Under the pieces are notes generated by a model that was not told where the DNA came from, searched no databases, and saw nothing but the letters and a program-made list of their open reading frames with translations. A stretch of DNA of 64,000 nt from a virus: IMG/VR virus record IMGVR_UViG_3300027763_000034, positions 1-64,000 of that record; one strand, given 5' to 3'. Both the position numbers and the translations under genes were made by a program. Shown one piece after another: positions 1 through 9,974 of this stretch. Each line of letters starts with the position of its first letter. Position 1 is the stretch's first letter.

Positions 1-529
1 ATGGTGCTTCATCTTTTGCCAATGGAATGATTGTGTAACTTGTGTCTGTCTTTGTTCCAGAACGCTTTACACGCCACATCAAATTAGTGATGCTTCCCAT
101 TTCGCCAGCATATTCAATTAATGTTGGAGTAATTGTTTTACCGCTTGAACCCTGAGAAAGAATAGCCACGTATGGATCTTCTTTGCCATCGTCAACAAGA
201 ACATTAATGTAAAGTCGTGAACGACCCTTCCATCCAGCCTTGTAATCTTTACGGTGTTGTTCGCATCCGTAGCACTTGCCTTGGTCTTCCATTGTGCAAA
301 GTCCTTTACGGCGATAATCTTTTGGATTTGTATGCTCTACGGCAATAAATCCAAGCCCAGCCTTTTCGCTGTATGTTGGTGAGTCTGGATCAAGTTCTTG
401 CAAGAAGCGAATCTTGACGCTCTCTGCATCTTCTAGCTTTACCCAGCGACCTTTTGTACCTTCGCCACCACTTGATTGTGGCTTGTCCATAACTTTATTA
501 AGATCTTTTAGACCTTTTACTATTCCCAT
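1..529 (-). CDS. single-stranded DNA-binding protein (gp32-like), 3' end runs off the window
   Basis: Hand translation MGIVKGLKDLNKVMDKPQSSGGEGTKGRWVKLEDAESVKIRFL...EH...C...CYGC...LYINVLVDDG. AGGAG SD upstream; next to primase and helicase. Confidence 0.75.
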   Translation of the reverse strand, partial: MGIVKGLKDLNKVMDKPQSSGGEGTKGRWVKLEDAESVKIRFLQELDPDSPTYSEKAGLGFIAVEHTNPKDYRRKGLCTMEDQGKCYGCEQHRKDYKAGWKGRSRLYINVLVDDGKEDPYVAILSQGSSGKTITPTLIEYAGEMGSITNLMWRVKRSGTKTDTSYTIIPLAKDEAP

Positions 530-571
530 ATTTTTCTCCTTTGTAGTTGATGGTATAAATCCATCTGTTTA

Positions 572-1576
572 TTATTTTTGATGGGTCCAAGATTGATATT
601 CAATATTGGAAACTGCGTTTTTAATACAGGCTTTAATTTCCTCTTCGGTCAAATCGCCAGCATCTTTTGCATCATGTGGATATATCTTACCATATTCATA
701 CGAAGCCCACAAGAGGTCTTTATTCTTTAATCTAGATGCTATGCTGTTAGCAAGCTCACGCCCAGCATGGTCCGCATCGGTCATTAAGGTGACCTTATTA
801 AAATATCTATTTATTAATGCCAAGTTTTCTGTGGATATATGGCCACCAAGTGTTGCAATAACATTGGGGAACCCAGCCTGATGCACACGGATTGCATCAA
901 AGCTAGACTCTACAATAATAACATTGTCACCTATTTTTTTAGCACGGTGAATGTTAAACATAGTTTTACTTCTTGGCAAATTAGTACTGTTCTTAAATTT
1001 CTTTTCTGATATTGATCGGCCAACAATACCAACTGCGAGTCCGTCTGGACTGTGTACTGGAACTGTAACCATGTCTTGTTTTGGAGAGTAGCCCAAAGAA
1101 AAATGAGCAATTGAAGACATATCAATGCCTCTAGACTTAAAATAATTTTGTGCCTCTTGGCTAGAAACCAAATCATTATATAAACTCTTTAATATCTCTT
1201 CTGGGAATTCTACAAAGTCTGGCTTATCTTCCATCACATCGCTTAGCAGGTCGTCAAAATTTTCTAATGTCTCGGCTTCTTTTGAATAAACATATCTCAT
1301 TGCTTCAAAATCATTCTTGTGTAAAACTCTTTTAACTATCTCTATCAATGATCCAGTTTCACCACATGCTGGATTAAAACACAACCATGCTCCAGTTGTT
1401 TTACTTATACTACAGCTTGCACTATGTCTGTTGGAATGAAATGGGCAGTAGAAAGAGATCTCTATATCTGTTTCACCAGCTACCTGTAAGCCAAGGCTTT
1501 TTACAATTGCCTTTATATGCTGCTTAGAGTATTGCGTGGTATCAGCTTTCCTTGCGTAATTGCTTCGTGCCGCCAT
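572..1576 (-). CDS. DNA primase (zinc finger + TOPRIM)
   Basis: CPFH..C..C zinc finger, YFKSRGI, TOPRIM VIIVESSFDAI and LMTDADHAG, DAGD. The ORF extends to 1627, but the start at 1576 is more likely. Confidence 0.92.
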   Translation of the reverse strand: MAARSNYARKADTTQYSKQHIKAIVKSLGLQVAGETDIEISFYCPFHSNRHSASCSISKTTGAWLCFNPACGETGSLIEIVKRVLHKNDFEAMRYVYSKEAETLENFDDLLSDVMEDKPDFVEFPEEILKSLYNDLVSSQEAQNYFKSRGIDMSSIAHFSLGYSPKQDMVTVPVHSPDGLAVGIVGRSISEKKFKNSTNLPRSKTMFNIHRAKKIGDNVIIVESSFDAIRVHQAGFPNVIATLGGHISTENLALINRYFNKVTLMTDADHAGRELANSIASRLKNKDLLWASYEYGKIYPHDAKDAGDLTEEEIKACIKNAVSNIEYQSWTHQK

Positions 1577-1803
1577 GCCGTCTTCTTTCCTACATATGTT
1601 CCATAGAGTGTCATTAAGAACATCCATGTCGTGCCGTCAAATTCTACCGAAAAATTAGTATCTATGTCAAGCACCCTAAGATACCCTTTGTCTCTCATTT
1701 GGTGCGTAAGCATGCTTTCATATTGATGCTTAATGCGAACCATATCAGAGTCGTCAAGGAATTCAACTCTAACCTGGAATCTTTTTATCGGTTTGTGATT
1801 CAT
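1513..1803 (-). CDS. hypothetical protein between helicase and primase
   Basis: ORF MNHKPIKRF... overlaps both neighbours, as expected in an operon. Confidence 0.6.
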   Translation of the reverse strand: MNHKPIKRFQVRVEFLDDSDMVRIKHQYESMLTHQMRDKGYLRVLDIDTNFSVEFDGTTWMFLMTLYGTYVGKKTAWRHEAITQGKLIPRNTLSSI

Positions 1804-3031
1804 TATTTTGGAACGGATTCTCATAAATCTCTTTGACGATACCTTTGTTGATATCCCAATCTAAGTATAAACCAAATTCATGCCCATGTCGATTTTTTCT
1901 TGAGACAATCTCAATCATATTAGTGCCTGGGTATTTATGTACTGCCATAGCCATATCGGCATCGTATTCAATAGCCTTTGACCAAGCAACCTGTGACATC
2001 ATTGGTGGATTGTCTTGGTCTGAGACATCGTCCGCTGTCGCTGCAGTAATATCAATGATAGGAATGTTGTTTGATACTGCAAGCATCTTAAATTCACGAG
2101 AAACATTTCGGTTTCTTTCAACTTCAGAATTGCTTCTCTTGTTGTCGTTAAACAGCTGATGGTAGTCAAGGATAACTAGGTCTGGCTTATGCTGATCTAT
2201 CTTGCCTTGAATAGTTGCTGGGGTAACTTCTGTATTGCCCTCGTTTGAAATAAGAATAAAACTATTTTTATCTGCAAACTTTTTTGTAGACCATGATCGG
2301 AAATCATCAATATTGATATCCCCCCTAGAGAAATCAGAAGCTTTAAATAAACCAGATCCAAGCATTGTGTAAATGCGATCACGCATATTTTCTGGTGACA
2401 TCTCAAGAGAAACAATCATTGGTTTAAATCCTTGCTCCCAAGCTTTGCATGCAAGGTAAGAAGTGAACCAAGTCTTTCCACGACCTGGCCAACCAATTGC
2501 AACAATCAAATGTCCTGGGGCCATTCCAGTTGGGTATGCCAAATCAATTGCCTCAAACCCTGTTTTAATTCCTGGTGAGCCACCCATTTCTGCGGAGCGC
2601 TCTCTCAACAATTCCATATATCTAATTGCAGACTCTGCATCTGTAATATCTAAGTCTCGAACGTTATTAGTAAACCTGCTTAATCCAGCTAATTGTGACT
2701 GCATGTTTTCAAGAACTCTTGATGCGGCATCTTCTTTGAGTGATGATCCTGCACGAAGAATAATAGTCTTAAGTTTGTTAGAGATAAATTCATTCTTAAG
2801 TGTATCTAGGTAGTATCCAGTTTGTCCTTTAACATCTACTGGCTCAAAGTCTTTAAATTTTTCCTGTAAGATTCCAGCCTCTGGAACTGCTTTAAACTTA
2901 TAGTAATAAGACTTTAGCCCATCCCAAATGTCTTTATGTGATGTAAATAGGTCGTCTACGTTATCTGCAAGTAGTGTGCTTATATCTTTATTTTTACATA
3001 CCGCTGAGATTAGTTCCGCTTCTGTATTCAC
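1769..3031 (-). CDS. dnaB: replicative DnaB-like (SF4) helicase
   Basis: IKTGF..ID, Walker A GWPGRGKTW, SLEMS, Walker B LVILDY, IEYDAD, KNRHG. Confidence 0.95.
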   Translation of the reverse strand: MNTEAELISAVCKNKDISTLLADNVDDLFTSHKDIWDGLKSYYYKFKAVPEAGILQEKFKDFEPVDVKGQTGYYLDTLKNEFISNKLKTIILRAGSSLKEDAASRVLENMQSQLAGLSRFTNNVRDLDITDAESAIRYMELLRERSAEMGGSPGIKTGFEAIDLAYPTGMAPGHLIVAIGWPGRGKTWFTSYLACKAWEQGFKPMIVSLEMSPENMRDRIYTMLGSGLFKASDFSRGDINIDDFRSWSTKKFADKNSFILISNEGNTEVTPATIQGKIDQHKPDLVILDYHQLFNDNKRSNSEVERNRNVSREFKMLAVSNNIPIIDITAATADDVSDQDNPPMMSQVAWSKAIEYDADMAMAVHKYPGTNMIEIVSRKNRHGHEFGLYLDWDINKGIVKEIYENPFQNNESQTDKKIPG

Positions 3032-3351
3032 TCTACTCCGCCTTGCTCTACCATCTTCTTCGTTTCTTCTAGTAACAAACGACGCTTCTCTTTATCTTTT
3101 TCAATTTCGGTTCTTACAATATCCATTTTATCAAAGTTGTATAGAAAAAACTGTATAGTGTGGGCATGCTTTGTTAAATGAAAATAGTATTCAAGCAACT
3201 CTTTTGCACGGTTAAATCCTACACTATCAATGACATCTTGCATAGCCCACTTTTCACGGAATTTGTTAATTGATGCTTCTTTGCCATATTTCTCTTTATA
3301 TAAATTTTGAAATAAGCTAAGTAGGATATAGGGCTCTTTGCTATTTGCCAC
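3028..3351 (-). CDS. hypothetical protein (replication operon)
   Basis: 107-aa ORF with ATGA-type overlap with the helicase start. Confidence 0.65.
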   Translation of the reverse strand: MANSKEPYILLSLFQNLYKEKYGKEASINKFREKWAMQDVIDSVGFNRAKELLEYYFHLTKHAHTIQFFLYNFDKMDIVRTEIEKDKEKRRLLLEETKKMVEQGGVE

Positions 3352-3544
3352 GCTTTAGCTCTTCCTCGACCTCTTCTGTTTTTTGAATTAATTTATTCTC
3401 AACAAAAGCATAGACTCGCTCTGTGGCTGCGTCTACAGTTTCTCCTTGTCTTACATCATCTTCAATGCCCACGCCAATTTTAATGCTCTCATAGTTACCA
3501 AGATTTCTAGTAAATGAAAGATCTACTTTTACTCTCGTTGTCAT
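3341..3544 (-). CDS. hypothetical protein
   Basis: 67-aa ORF with motif TRNLGNYESIKI, overlapping its neighbours. Confidence 0.65.
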   Translation of the reverse strand: MTTRVKVDLSFTRNLGNYESIKIGVGIEDDVRQGETVDAATERVYAFVENKLIQKTEEVEEELKRGK

Positions 3545-3654
3545 TTGTGTTCCGCCTTCTTATGTCTATTAAGTGTATCGCTAGCAAATATGCCCCAACG
3601 AACCTCTACGTCCCGATTACAGATATCGCAAGTAACTACTCTACTTTTTTCCAT
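3541..3654 (-). CDS. 37-aa single C2H2-type zinc finger microprotein
   Basis: Hand translation MEKSRVVTCDICNRDVEVRWGIFASDTLNRHKKAEHK. Coupled by TAATG upstream and ATGA downstream; fills the gap exactly. Confidence 0.7.
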   Translation of the reverse strand: MEKSRVVTCDICNRDVEVRWGIFASDTLNRHKKAEHK

Positions 3655-4139
3655 TACTCCGCCTTCCATACTGGAACAAATTTTCCGTCTTCGGTCTTAG
3701 TATACAACACTAAGTTGTTTTTGAGAAGAGCTTGAACCTCTGCTTTTGAAGGAATTTCTTTTGAGTGTCCTGAATCTAATATATGTTGATGTATGTCCAA
3801 TATGTTCTTTTGATTAAACATATACTGAGACCAGTTTTCACTATCTGGTTGTCCTATAGGATATATCTTTTGAGGGGTAGCAACCTTCTCATTCAATATA
3901 TATTCTTGTATAGTTACCCTATGCTTATTAAGCATATAGGCAACTTCTACAACAGTGTATGCAGTCTCCATATTCTTTTTAACTTGAGAATATGAATACA
4001 TAACTCTCTTCTTGTCTGGGTAGCACCAAGCAATCATTTCATCCTTTGATCTGGATGCTTTTAAAACCTTATGTATCTTATCGTTTAAGAAGAAATACCG
4101 TAAGCTTTTTGATTTGCCGTCTCTTTTAATTCCAGCCAT
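3654..4139 (-). CDS. putative HTH DNA-binding protein
   Basis: YTVVEVAYMLNKHRVTIQEYI resembles an excisionase/MerR-type HTH. Confidence 0.55.
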   Translation of the reverse strand: MAGIKRDGKSKSLRYFFLNDKIHKVLKASRSKDEMIAWCYPDKKRVMYSYSQVKKNMETAYTVVEVAYMLNKHRVTIQEYILNEKVATPQKIYPIGQPDSENWSQYMFNQKNILDIHQHILDSGHSKEIPSKAEVQALLKNNLVLYTKTEDGKFVPVWKAE

Positions 4140-4270
4140 TTTCCGAAAGCACTCGTTTCTTTATTGCACATCCAGCGTTTGCCGCACATGATACAAAATA
4201 ATTCCATATGTAGTTTTTGAGAAAAAACTCTATCTACAAAAACTCTACCGTTGCATTTTCCACACCACAT
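4085..4270 (-). CDS. small zinc-ribbon protein
   Basis: MWCGKCNG...FCIMCGKRW (two CxxC). TAATG coupling to the upstream gene places the start at 4270. Confidence 0.7.
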   Translation of the reverse strand: MWCGKCNGRVFVDRVFSQKLHMELFCIMCGKRWMCNKETSAFGKWLELKETANQKAYGISS

Positions 4271-5070
4271 TATAAAGTAAACAACTTTCCATCTACAACG
4301 CAGGAATAATCTGGTGCAATATGAATCATTTGAATATGTGGGTAGTCGTTGACGATATGTGCAACAGCAAATCCTTTTTGCCAATCATGGTGTTGACTAT
4401 ATTTCATTCCGTCACTCTTTTCATCACACATGTGTCCAATTTCATAGCCACGAAGAGTCTCTCCCTCGCCACCGTTTCTAAGTTCATATGTTACCATATG
4501 CGAAGCAATTCTGTGTGAGTGTCCACGAATAAGGGAAACCTGTAAGTCTTCCATGTCTTTTCTAACTGATCCTGATGCTGCAATTGAGAGGCCGTGGTGT
4601 ACGTGGATGTCTCCGAAGCGTCGTTTAGGTAGTTCATTATAATAAATGTATTCATATCCTAAAGAGTCTAAGCTCCACAAAGATTCTGGCGTAACCTCAC
4701 TAATATATTCTGGAAGCTTGGCATCTACATAATTAAAAACTCTAATGTCATGATTACCCAATGCAGAAAATAGTTGAGCGTCTGGGAGCATCTCTCTTGT
4801 CTTTGCATAAAAATCTCTAGCGCCTTTTGCTTCGTGACGCATCATTGGAACAATTAAATCACCGCTTTCAGTCTTATGATAATTTAAAAACTCTGCCGAT
4901 CTTCCTTCTGTATACTTACTGTAACACGCCTGATCATCCGTATCGCCTAGGTAATCAACAACGTCTGGCTTAAACCATTTCATTACTTTGAACCACAGGG
5001 CAATCATCTTATCATCTTGATACGGGAACTGCTGATCGGATGAAAGCATCCATTTTAAATCGTTGCTCAT
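4270..5070 (-). CDS. calcineurin-like metallophosphoesterase
   Basis: SDQQ, LGDTDD, GNHD, HHG and GHSH motifs. Confidence 0.88.
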   Translation of the reverse strand: MSNDLKWMLSSDQQFPYQDDKMIALWFKVMKWFKPDVVDYLGDTDDQACYSKYTEGRSAEFLNYHKTESGDLIVPMMRHEAKGARDFYAKTREMLPDAQLFSALGNHDIRVFNYVDAKLPEYISEVTPESLWSLDSLGYEYIYYNELPKRRFGDIHVHHGLSIAASGSVRKDMEDLQVSLIRGHSHRIASHMVTYELRNGGEGETLRGYEIGHMCDEKSDGMKYSQHHDWQKGFAVAHIVNDYPHIQMIHIAPDYSCVVDGKLFTL

Positions 5071-5087
5071 TTTCTACCTTAATACGT

Positions 5088-5152
5088 AAAAAAGTCACGG
5101 GTACGTGACTTTGATGTTACAGTAATTGTAACATATTGGTATGGCTTGTCAA
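5088..5152 (-). promoter_or_regulatory. sigma70-type promoter with overlapping palindrome and downstream hairpin
   Basis: TTGACA (5152-5147), 16-nt spacer ending TGT, TACAAT (5130-5125). Inverted repeats ATGTTACA-N5-TGTAACAT (5114-5134) and AAAGTCACG-N4-CGTGACTTT (5091-5112). Confidence 0.6.
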
Positions 5153-5161
5153 TAGGCTTAC

Positions 5162-5608
5162 TTAAGCCTGTGTGTTATTATCTACGTTTCCTACTGCAAT
5201 CCATCTTATTACTAGGCCGTCGGTGCCAGTCATTAAAGATGATGGTATAAGCAAACATTTAAAGCCTAGTTTTGTAGATTCAGTTAAATATACTGCATGC
5301 AGGGACTTAACACTGGCATTTGGATTTTCTATTTGTAGTGTAACTGAAGGAATATCTGTGAATGTGACATTTTCGTAAGTCACTGTATAGGGAACAGTTT
5401 TTTTAGCTTCCGCTTTTGCCGTAAATGAACTATGCAAGGTTGTATTGGCTGATTTTAGTACAGATGTTCCAGTTGTATTTGAAATATTAATTACAGTAAT
5501 TTTTTCTCCAAGAGCAACTTTAGCTATATTAGAGTTCATTCTTTGAATTACTTCAGCTGAAACTGGGTCTCCGTCATTAATTACTACTGGATCTATATTG
5601 ATTGCCAT
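5162..5608 (-). CDS. tail fibre-associated protein (H-type lectin/gp53-like C-terminal fold)
   Basis: FTDIPSVTLQ...GF...RWIAVG C-terminal pattern typical of fibre tip domains. Confidence 0.55.
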   Translation of the reverse strand: MAINIDPVVINDGDPVSAEVIQRMNSNIAKVALGEKITVINISNTTGTSVLKSANTTLHSSFTAKAEAKKTVPYTVTYENVTFTDIPSVTLQIENPNASVKSLHAVYLTESTKLGFKCLLIPSSLMTGTDGLVIRWIAVGNVDNNTQA

Positions 5609-5763
5609 TATTTTTCCTTCTCAGTTGAATTTAATTTATTTGATAATTCTGTAATTTCTGCACGAAGAACTGCAATGTGTATCTCATATTGTGAGACAAT
5701 TTCTCCAATTCTTTGCTGAAGTGCTTGTGTGATTAGTTCTGTTTTTTCTATTGCATTGCTCAT
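5608..5763 (-). CDS. small coiled-coil protein
   Basis: Hand translation MSNAIEKTELITQALQQRIGEIVSQYEIHIAVLRAEITELSNKLNSTEKEK; TAATG coupling downstream. Confidence 0.6.
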   Translation of the reverse strand: MSNAIEKTELITQALQQRIGEIVSQYEIHIAVLRAEITELSNKLNSTEKEK

Positions 5764-5765
5764 GG

Positions 5766-6071
5766 CTATTCCTTTTCTTCAAAATATCTTTTCATAAGTA
5801 AAAAAGATTCATAGTTTATTCTGTGTTTAATAAAAGCTATGTCAGCATTATTTAATGCTTGCCCATAAATAATATCTATATCTTCTAGCAAAGATTGTTT
5901 TGATATTTGAATAAAATCAGCTAGATCATTTTCTGTTATTTGATTTAAAATAGATTTAAATGACATTGGAGCTTTATCAAATAATACATTATTATCATCA
6001 TAATAAACAATGGTTGGCCTATAAGACCCGTATGCGCTTGGGTCTATTTCAAACTCAATTTCTTTTTTCAT
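5766..6071 (-). CDS. hypothetical protein
   Basis: 101-aa ORF with TATAAT 6 nt before the ATG (leaderless). Confidence 0.6.
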   Translation of the reverse strand: MKKEIEFEIDPSAYGSYRPTIVYYDDNNVLFDKAPMSFKSILNQITENDLADFIQISKQSLLEDIDIIYGQALNNADIAFIKHRINYESFLLMKRYFEEKE

Positions 6072-6109
6072 ATTTACATTATATCCTTTGGAATTAATTT
6101 AGTCAAGCA

Positions 6110-8599
6110 CTAAAACTGATTATTTGATGTATTAAGAGCTATCCAATTTAAATACACTCCAGTAGAGCTAAATTGAAGACCTGCACGGTGGAACATTTCA
6201 ACCGTTGCGGTAGTGCTGGTTCTACTTCTAACTGAGCATACAAGGTCATATGTTGGGTCTTCTGGGGTAACAACAATTGTACAGTTAGCATTTCCTAAAT
6301 TATGAGTAATTGTTATTGTTCTTGTATTCTGATTTGAGAATGTAAATGGACCAGATCTTCCTCTATATATTGCTGCTGCATACAAGCCTTGAGTTAAATT
6401 AGTTCCAGTTGTTGGTGATATTGAAATAGAATTACCAGCTATAAGGGTTAAATATTCTCCTCTCATTCTTATGCTATTTGTGTTTTTAGAAAAGTCAATA
6501 TAGTTATAGGTCCAATCTGTTCCAACTTCCATATCGTTACTACTATATGAAGCAACCCACCCAGCAACAGAGTGATCTTTTCCATAAACAAGAAGACCTG
6601 GCATATTAGATTGTCCAGTAACCGCACTTTGAGTTAATGCCACTCCTCCATTTATAAAATTAAGTCCGTATGATGGATGATATCCTTGATAAATTTCTTT
6701 TCCATATATGTATGATGCAACTATATAGTCTGCCCCAACTGTTCCTTCAACAAGAAGGGAACCAGAAATTTTTGCAGTATTTGTAATGCCAAGAGATGCA
6801 TTTATTTTTCCTATTATAGCTGCTGCACTAAATGATGTGCTAATTTTATTGTCAACTGTATCTGAGGTAACTTTAGTATTTAAAGAATCTATTAAAGAAG
6901 CCATGCTACCGTAGCCAGTAATAGATGCACCACTTAATGCTCCAGAAAATGTTCCATTAGATTGCAAAGCATTATCTGCTTTTTGTTTTATATCTCCAAT
7001 TGTTGAACCGTCCGAAAATGAAGATCCAATATCTATATTATTTAATGTTGCGCTTGTAGCATATAATTTTCCACCAGATGTTACTCTAAAAGCTGCAGTT
7101 GTGGGATCATTGCTTCCAATCCACATTCTGTATGTGTTTCCATCTGAAGAAGATGTTTCTGATGATGACATTTTTATGATAGTTCCAACATTTGAGTTTC
7201 CAAGCTGTATGTATCCAGAGCTATCAAGCACAGCATTATTTTTAGAAATCTGAGTTCCACTTAAAGACCAATTACCGATGCTTCCAGCATTTGCAGTTAT
7301 TGTTCCTGTTGCTGCATCCAATGTTACTGAGTTAGATCCATTTGCTACCTTAAGTCCAGTTGAATTAAGAGCAAAACCATTGCCTGCAAGTGTTCCATTT
7401 GGATTAATTGAACCATTGTAAATTGATGCCCCAGATGTAGAAAGATTAATATTACCACCAATGGTTGCAGTTCCTGTTGCACCTATGTTTCCATCTATGC
7501 TTAAAGTTTCGCCGTCCCATTTAATATAATTTGATGTCGGTCCACCAACTTTAAATTCTGCTGTGCTACCAGAATTTATATACCAATAATTACTTGAGTT
7601 AAATAAAAGACCACGTTTTCCGCTTACAACCCCATCACCAAATTTAAATGCACCAGCAGATATGTATCCGTTCATTACTGGTGTTCCTGGAATTTCTAGT
7701 GTGCCACCAGAAACATAACCAGACGTTGTGTTATTGTATTGATCATATGTTGCAACTGCAAACTCGTATGTTACTCCAACACCAAGTCCTTCTAGCTTGT
7801 ATGATGTGCCAGAACCAGGAGAATCGGCATATGAATATACAGAGCCTCCGACAGGCTTAAATCTTATTCTGTACCCTCGAATGTCGCCAGATGTAACCGC
7901 ACCCCAGTTTATGTTTGCATAGCCATTAAACCCAAGATATGCGTCAGGATCAATTCCACCACTAACTGATGCAGATCCAACTGCTGGGGGGCCAGTTATA
8001 TCAACAACAATAGGATCCACTGGTTTTATTGGACCCCTAATTACAAATTTATTTGCGCTAGTTGTATTTGAATGAAAAAATTTATCTCTATGTAATATTT
8101 TAATATATCTATCTGCTGTGCTTGATGCAAGAATGTTAGCCTGTGTTCCAGTTCCAGTCCAAACTACTGGCTCGGAGCCATTAAAGGAACTTGATGTGCC
8201 TTCCCATATTATAGTATCCGTATAGTTTGTCCATACTGGCTTGTCCCATGTAACCTGATATGACAGAACTCCGCCTGTTGCTACAACATTTGTTGGTGCT
8301 TCTGTATAGTCAGGGATTGCTGCTGCAACTTGAGCTTGTGTTACAACAAATCGTGGTGATGGTGGACCAACTACAATTGTAGTATCTTGAGGATCATCAT
8401 TAGACAATATATAAGAAAATACAAAACCATAATCTTTATATAAATTTAAATCTATATTTTCTATTATAACTTCATAAGAATTTTGAGACCCAGATACAAC
8501 TGCATTGGCAGCTTGTACAGCGGTAATTGAAAGGTCTGGGGCAGCAACTTGTTGTGAAGGCTGGTATCCTCCTGAATCTAGGTAGTCAGGTAAACGCAT
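6110..8599 (-). CDS. minor tail / tail fibre protein with FN3 domains
   Basis: FN3 signatures (W..VTSGDIRGYRIRF...YEFAVATYDQYNN), G/S/T-rich beta repeats, C-terminal ITHNLG...WIAL; tail-tip position. Confidence 0.75.
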   Translation of the reverse strand: MRLPDYLDSGGYQPSQQVAAPDLSITAVQAANAVVSGSQNSYEVIIENIDLNLYKDYGFVFSYILSNDDPQDTTIVVGPPSPRFVVTQAQVAAAIPDYTEAPTNVVATGGVLSYQVTWDKPVWTNYTDTIIWEGTSSSFNGSEPVVWTGTGTQANILASSTADRYIKILHRDKFFHSNTTSANKFVIRGPIKPVDPIVVDITGPPAVGSASVSGGIDPDAYLGFNGYANINWGAVTSGDIRGYRIRFKPVGGSVYSYADSPGSGTSYKLEGLGVGVTYEFAVATYDQYNNTTSGYVSGGTLEIPGTPVMNGYISAGAFKFGDGVVSGKRGLLFNSSNYWYINSGSTAEFKVGGPTSNYIKWDGETLSIDGNIGATGTATIGGNINLSTSGASIYNGSINPNGTLAGNGFALNSTGLKVANGSNSVTLDAATGTITANAGSIGNWSLSGTQISKNNAVLDSSGYIQLGNSNVGTIIKMSSSETSSSDGNTYRMWIGSNDPTTAAFRVTSGGKLYATSATLNNIDIGSSFSDGSTIGDIKQKADNALQSNGTFSGALSGASITGYGSMASLIDSLNTKVTSDTVDNKISTSFSAAAIIGKINASLGITNTAKISGSLLVEGTVGADYIVASYIYGKEIYQGYHPSYGLNFINGGVALTQSAVTGQSNMPGLLVYGKDHSVAGWVASYSSNDMEVGTDWTYNYIDFSKNTNSIRMRGEYLTLIAGNSISISPTTGTNLTQGLYAAAIYRGRSGPFTFSNQNTRTITITHNLGNANCTIVVTPEDPTYDLVCSVRSRTSTTATVEMFHRAGLQFSSTGVYLNWIALNTSNNQF

Positions 8600-9577
8600 T
8601 TAGAAACTAAGTCCAAGCTTATACTCTATATCCATTTGTTTTCCAGAAACTTTTGTTATAGGAGAAGATAAAACTGATCTGCTTATTAATCCGTATATTG
8701 GATCAAAGGAATCTTCATCATTAATTTTTAGACCATCCATGTAAACAGTAGTTCCAGATATTGTTTTTGATTTTGCCCCAACTAGTATTTTATTAATTGA
8801 AGTTGCATCGGGTGTACCAGACTTATACAAAGATCCAAAAAGTTCTGACAGCGAGTTACTTTTAATTTTATTTGGGCTTTCTGGTGATGTTATTGAAGAA
8901 TCACCAATAATTCTAGTCTCAAAGTAATCAGTATTACCACTATAAAATCTAATATAAATATAATCTAAATTAGTATCCGCTTGTCTAAATGCTAAAGTTA
9001 AACTGTCATAGATACTGTACCCAGATAAATCAAAGCTAGCATTAAACCAATATTCTTTTGTAGAATAAGTTGATGGAGAAGTGACTACTGGTGTAGTCAA
9101 TTTAAATAGAGATGCTCCTAGTCTTGGCTCTGGTGTTGTTACAAGAACTGGATTATCTCCTAATGAATCAACCCAAGGCAAAGCATTTTCAAATGAGCTT
9201 ATGTATCTGTCTGAATAATCTTTTTTATTTGTTGATTGTGATGGAAATAATCCAACTTCTTTAATTAAACCAACAACATCATTTGGTAAAGATGTTTTAT
9301 ATATAACAGAATATGTAGTTATTCCAGTAATTGAATTTGTCTCTATATTTGGAGAGTTTACTTCTACGGGTGCTTTATAAAATTCAAAATCAAGTCTTGT
9401 ATCATCTACTGTTGCTTCATTTGATCCTATTCCTATAGCAATAGCTTTGCTTGTAAATCCTAATGTGCCAGCTAAATAGTTTGTTAAAAATCTTTTTCCA
9501 AATTTAGTTAAAATATTATTTTGTCTATGAACTTCTACGCCGTCTTCATAAAATATATACGTTCCTTTTAATTCCAT
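8600..9577 (-). CDS. minor tail / baseplate protein
   Basis: N..T..GK..L..YLAG...IAIG.G....DT.L..E...IKEVGLF pattern typical of tail collar/baseplate proteins. Confidence 0.65.
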   Translation of the reverse strand: MELKGTYIFYEDGVEVHRQNNILTKFGKRFLTNYLAGTLGFTSKAIAIGIGSNEATVDDTRLDFEFYKAPVEVNSPNIETNSITGITTYSVIYKTSLPNDVVGLIKEVGLFPSQSTNKKDYSDRYISSFENALPWVDSLGDNPVLVTTPEPRLGASLFKLTTPVVTSPSTYSTKEYWFNASFDLSGYSIYDSLTLAFRQADTNLDYIYIRFYSGNTDYFETRIIGDSSITSPESPNKIKSNSLSELFGSLYKSGTPDATSINKILVGAKSKTISGTTVYMDGLKINDEDSFDPIYGLISRSVLSSPITKVSGKQMDIEYKLGLSF

Positions 9578-9957
9578 TATCCACCAACTCCTTTGACGCC
9601 ACGAACTGCATCAGCTGCATTATTTTTTACTGTAAATTTAAATCTTATTTTTGAACTTTTATTTATGTCTTGATATATTTCTATATTTTTTAAGCTTATG
9701 TCTGATAATGTAGGGAATGGTCTTTGATCTGATGTGTCATCAGTAATTAGAATATCTTCACCTTTTGAGTAATTGCTAGAGCCTGATTTGCTATTTGGTA
9801 GAGTTAAAATAACGCTTCCATCTAACTGTGCTGTAATAACTAAATCATAGTACTGGCTTTTTAATATGCCTACAAGGGGATCATCTGCGGGAAGTTGAAT
9901 TTTTTGCTTAGTAGTAAAACCACTAAACTTTATCTTATTATTATCTACAGTTGCCAT
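9577..9957 (-). CDS. minor tail protein (hypothetical)
   Basis: Position within the tail-tip operon; leaderless start. Confidence 0.5.
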   Translation of the reverse strand: MATVDNNKIKFSGFTTKQKIQLPADDPLVGILKSQYYDLVITAQLDGSVILTLPNSKSGSSNYSKGEDILITDDTSDQRPFPTLSDISLKNIEIYQDINKSSKIRFKFTVKNNAADAVRGVKGVGG

Positions 9958-9974
9958 TTTATTATTCTACCATT

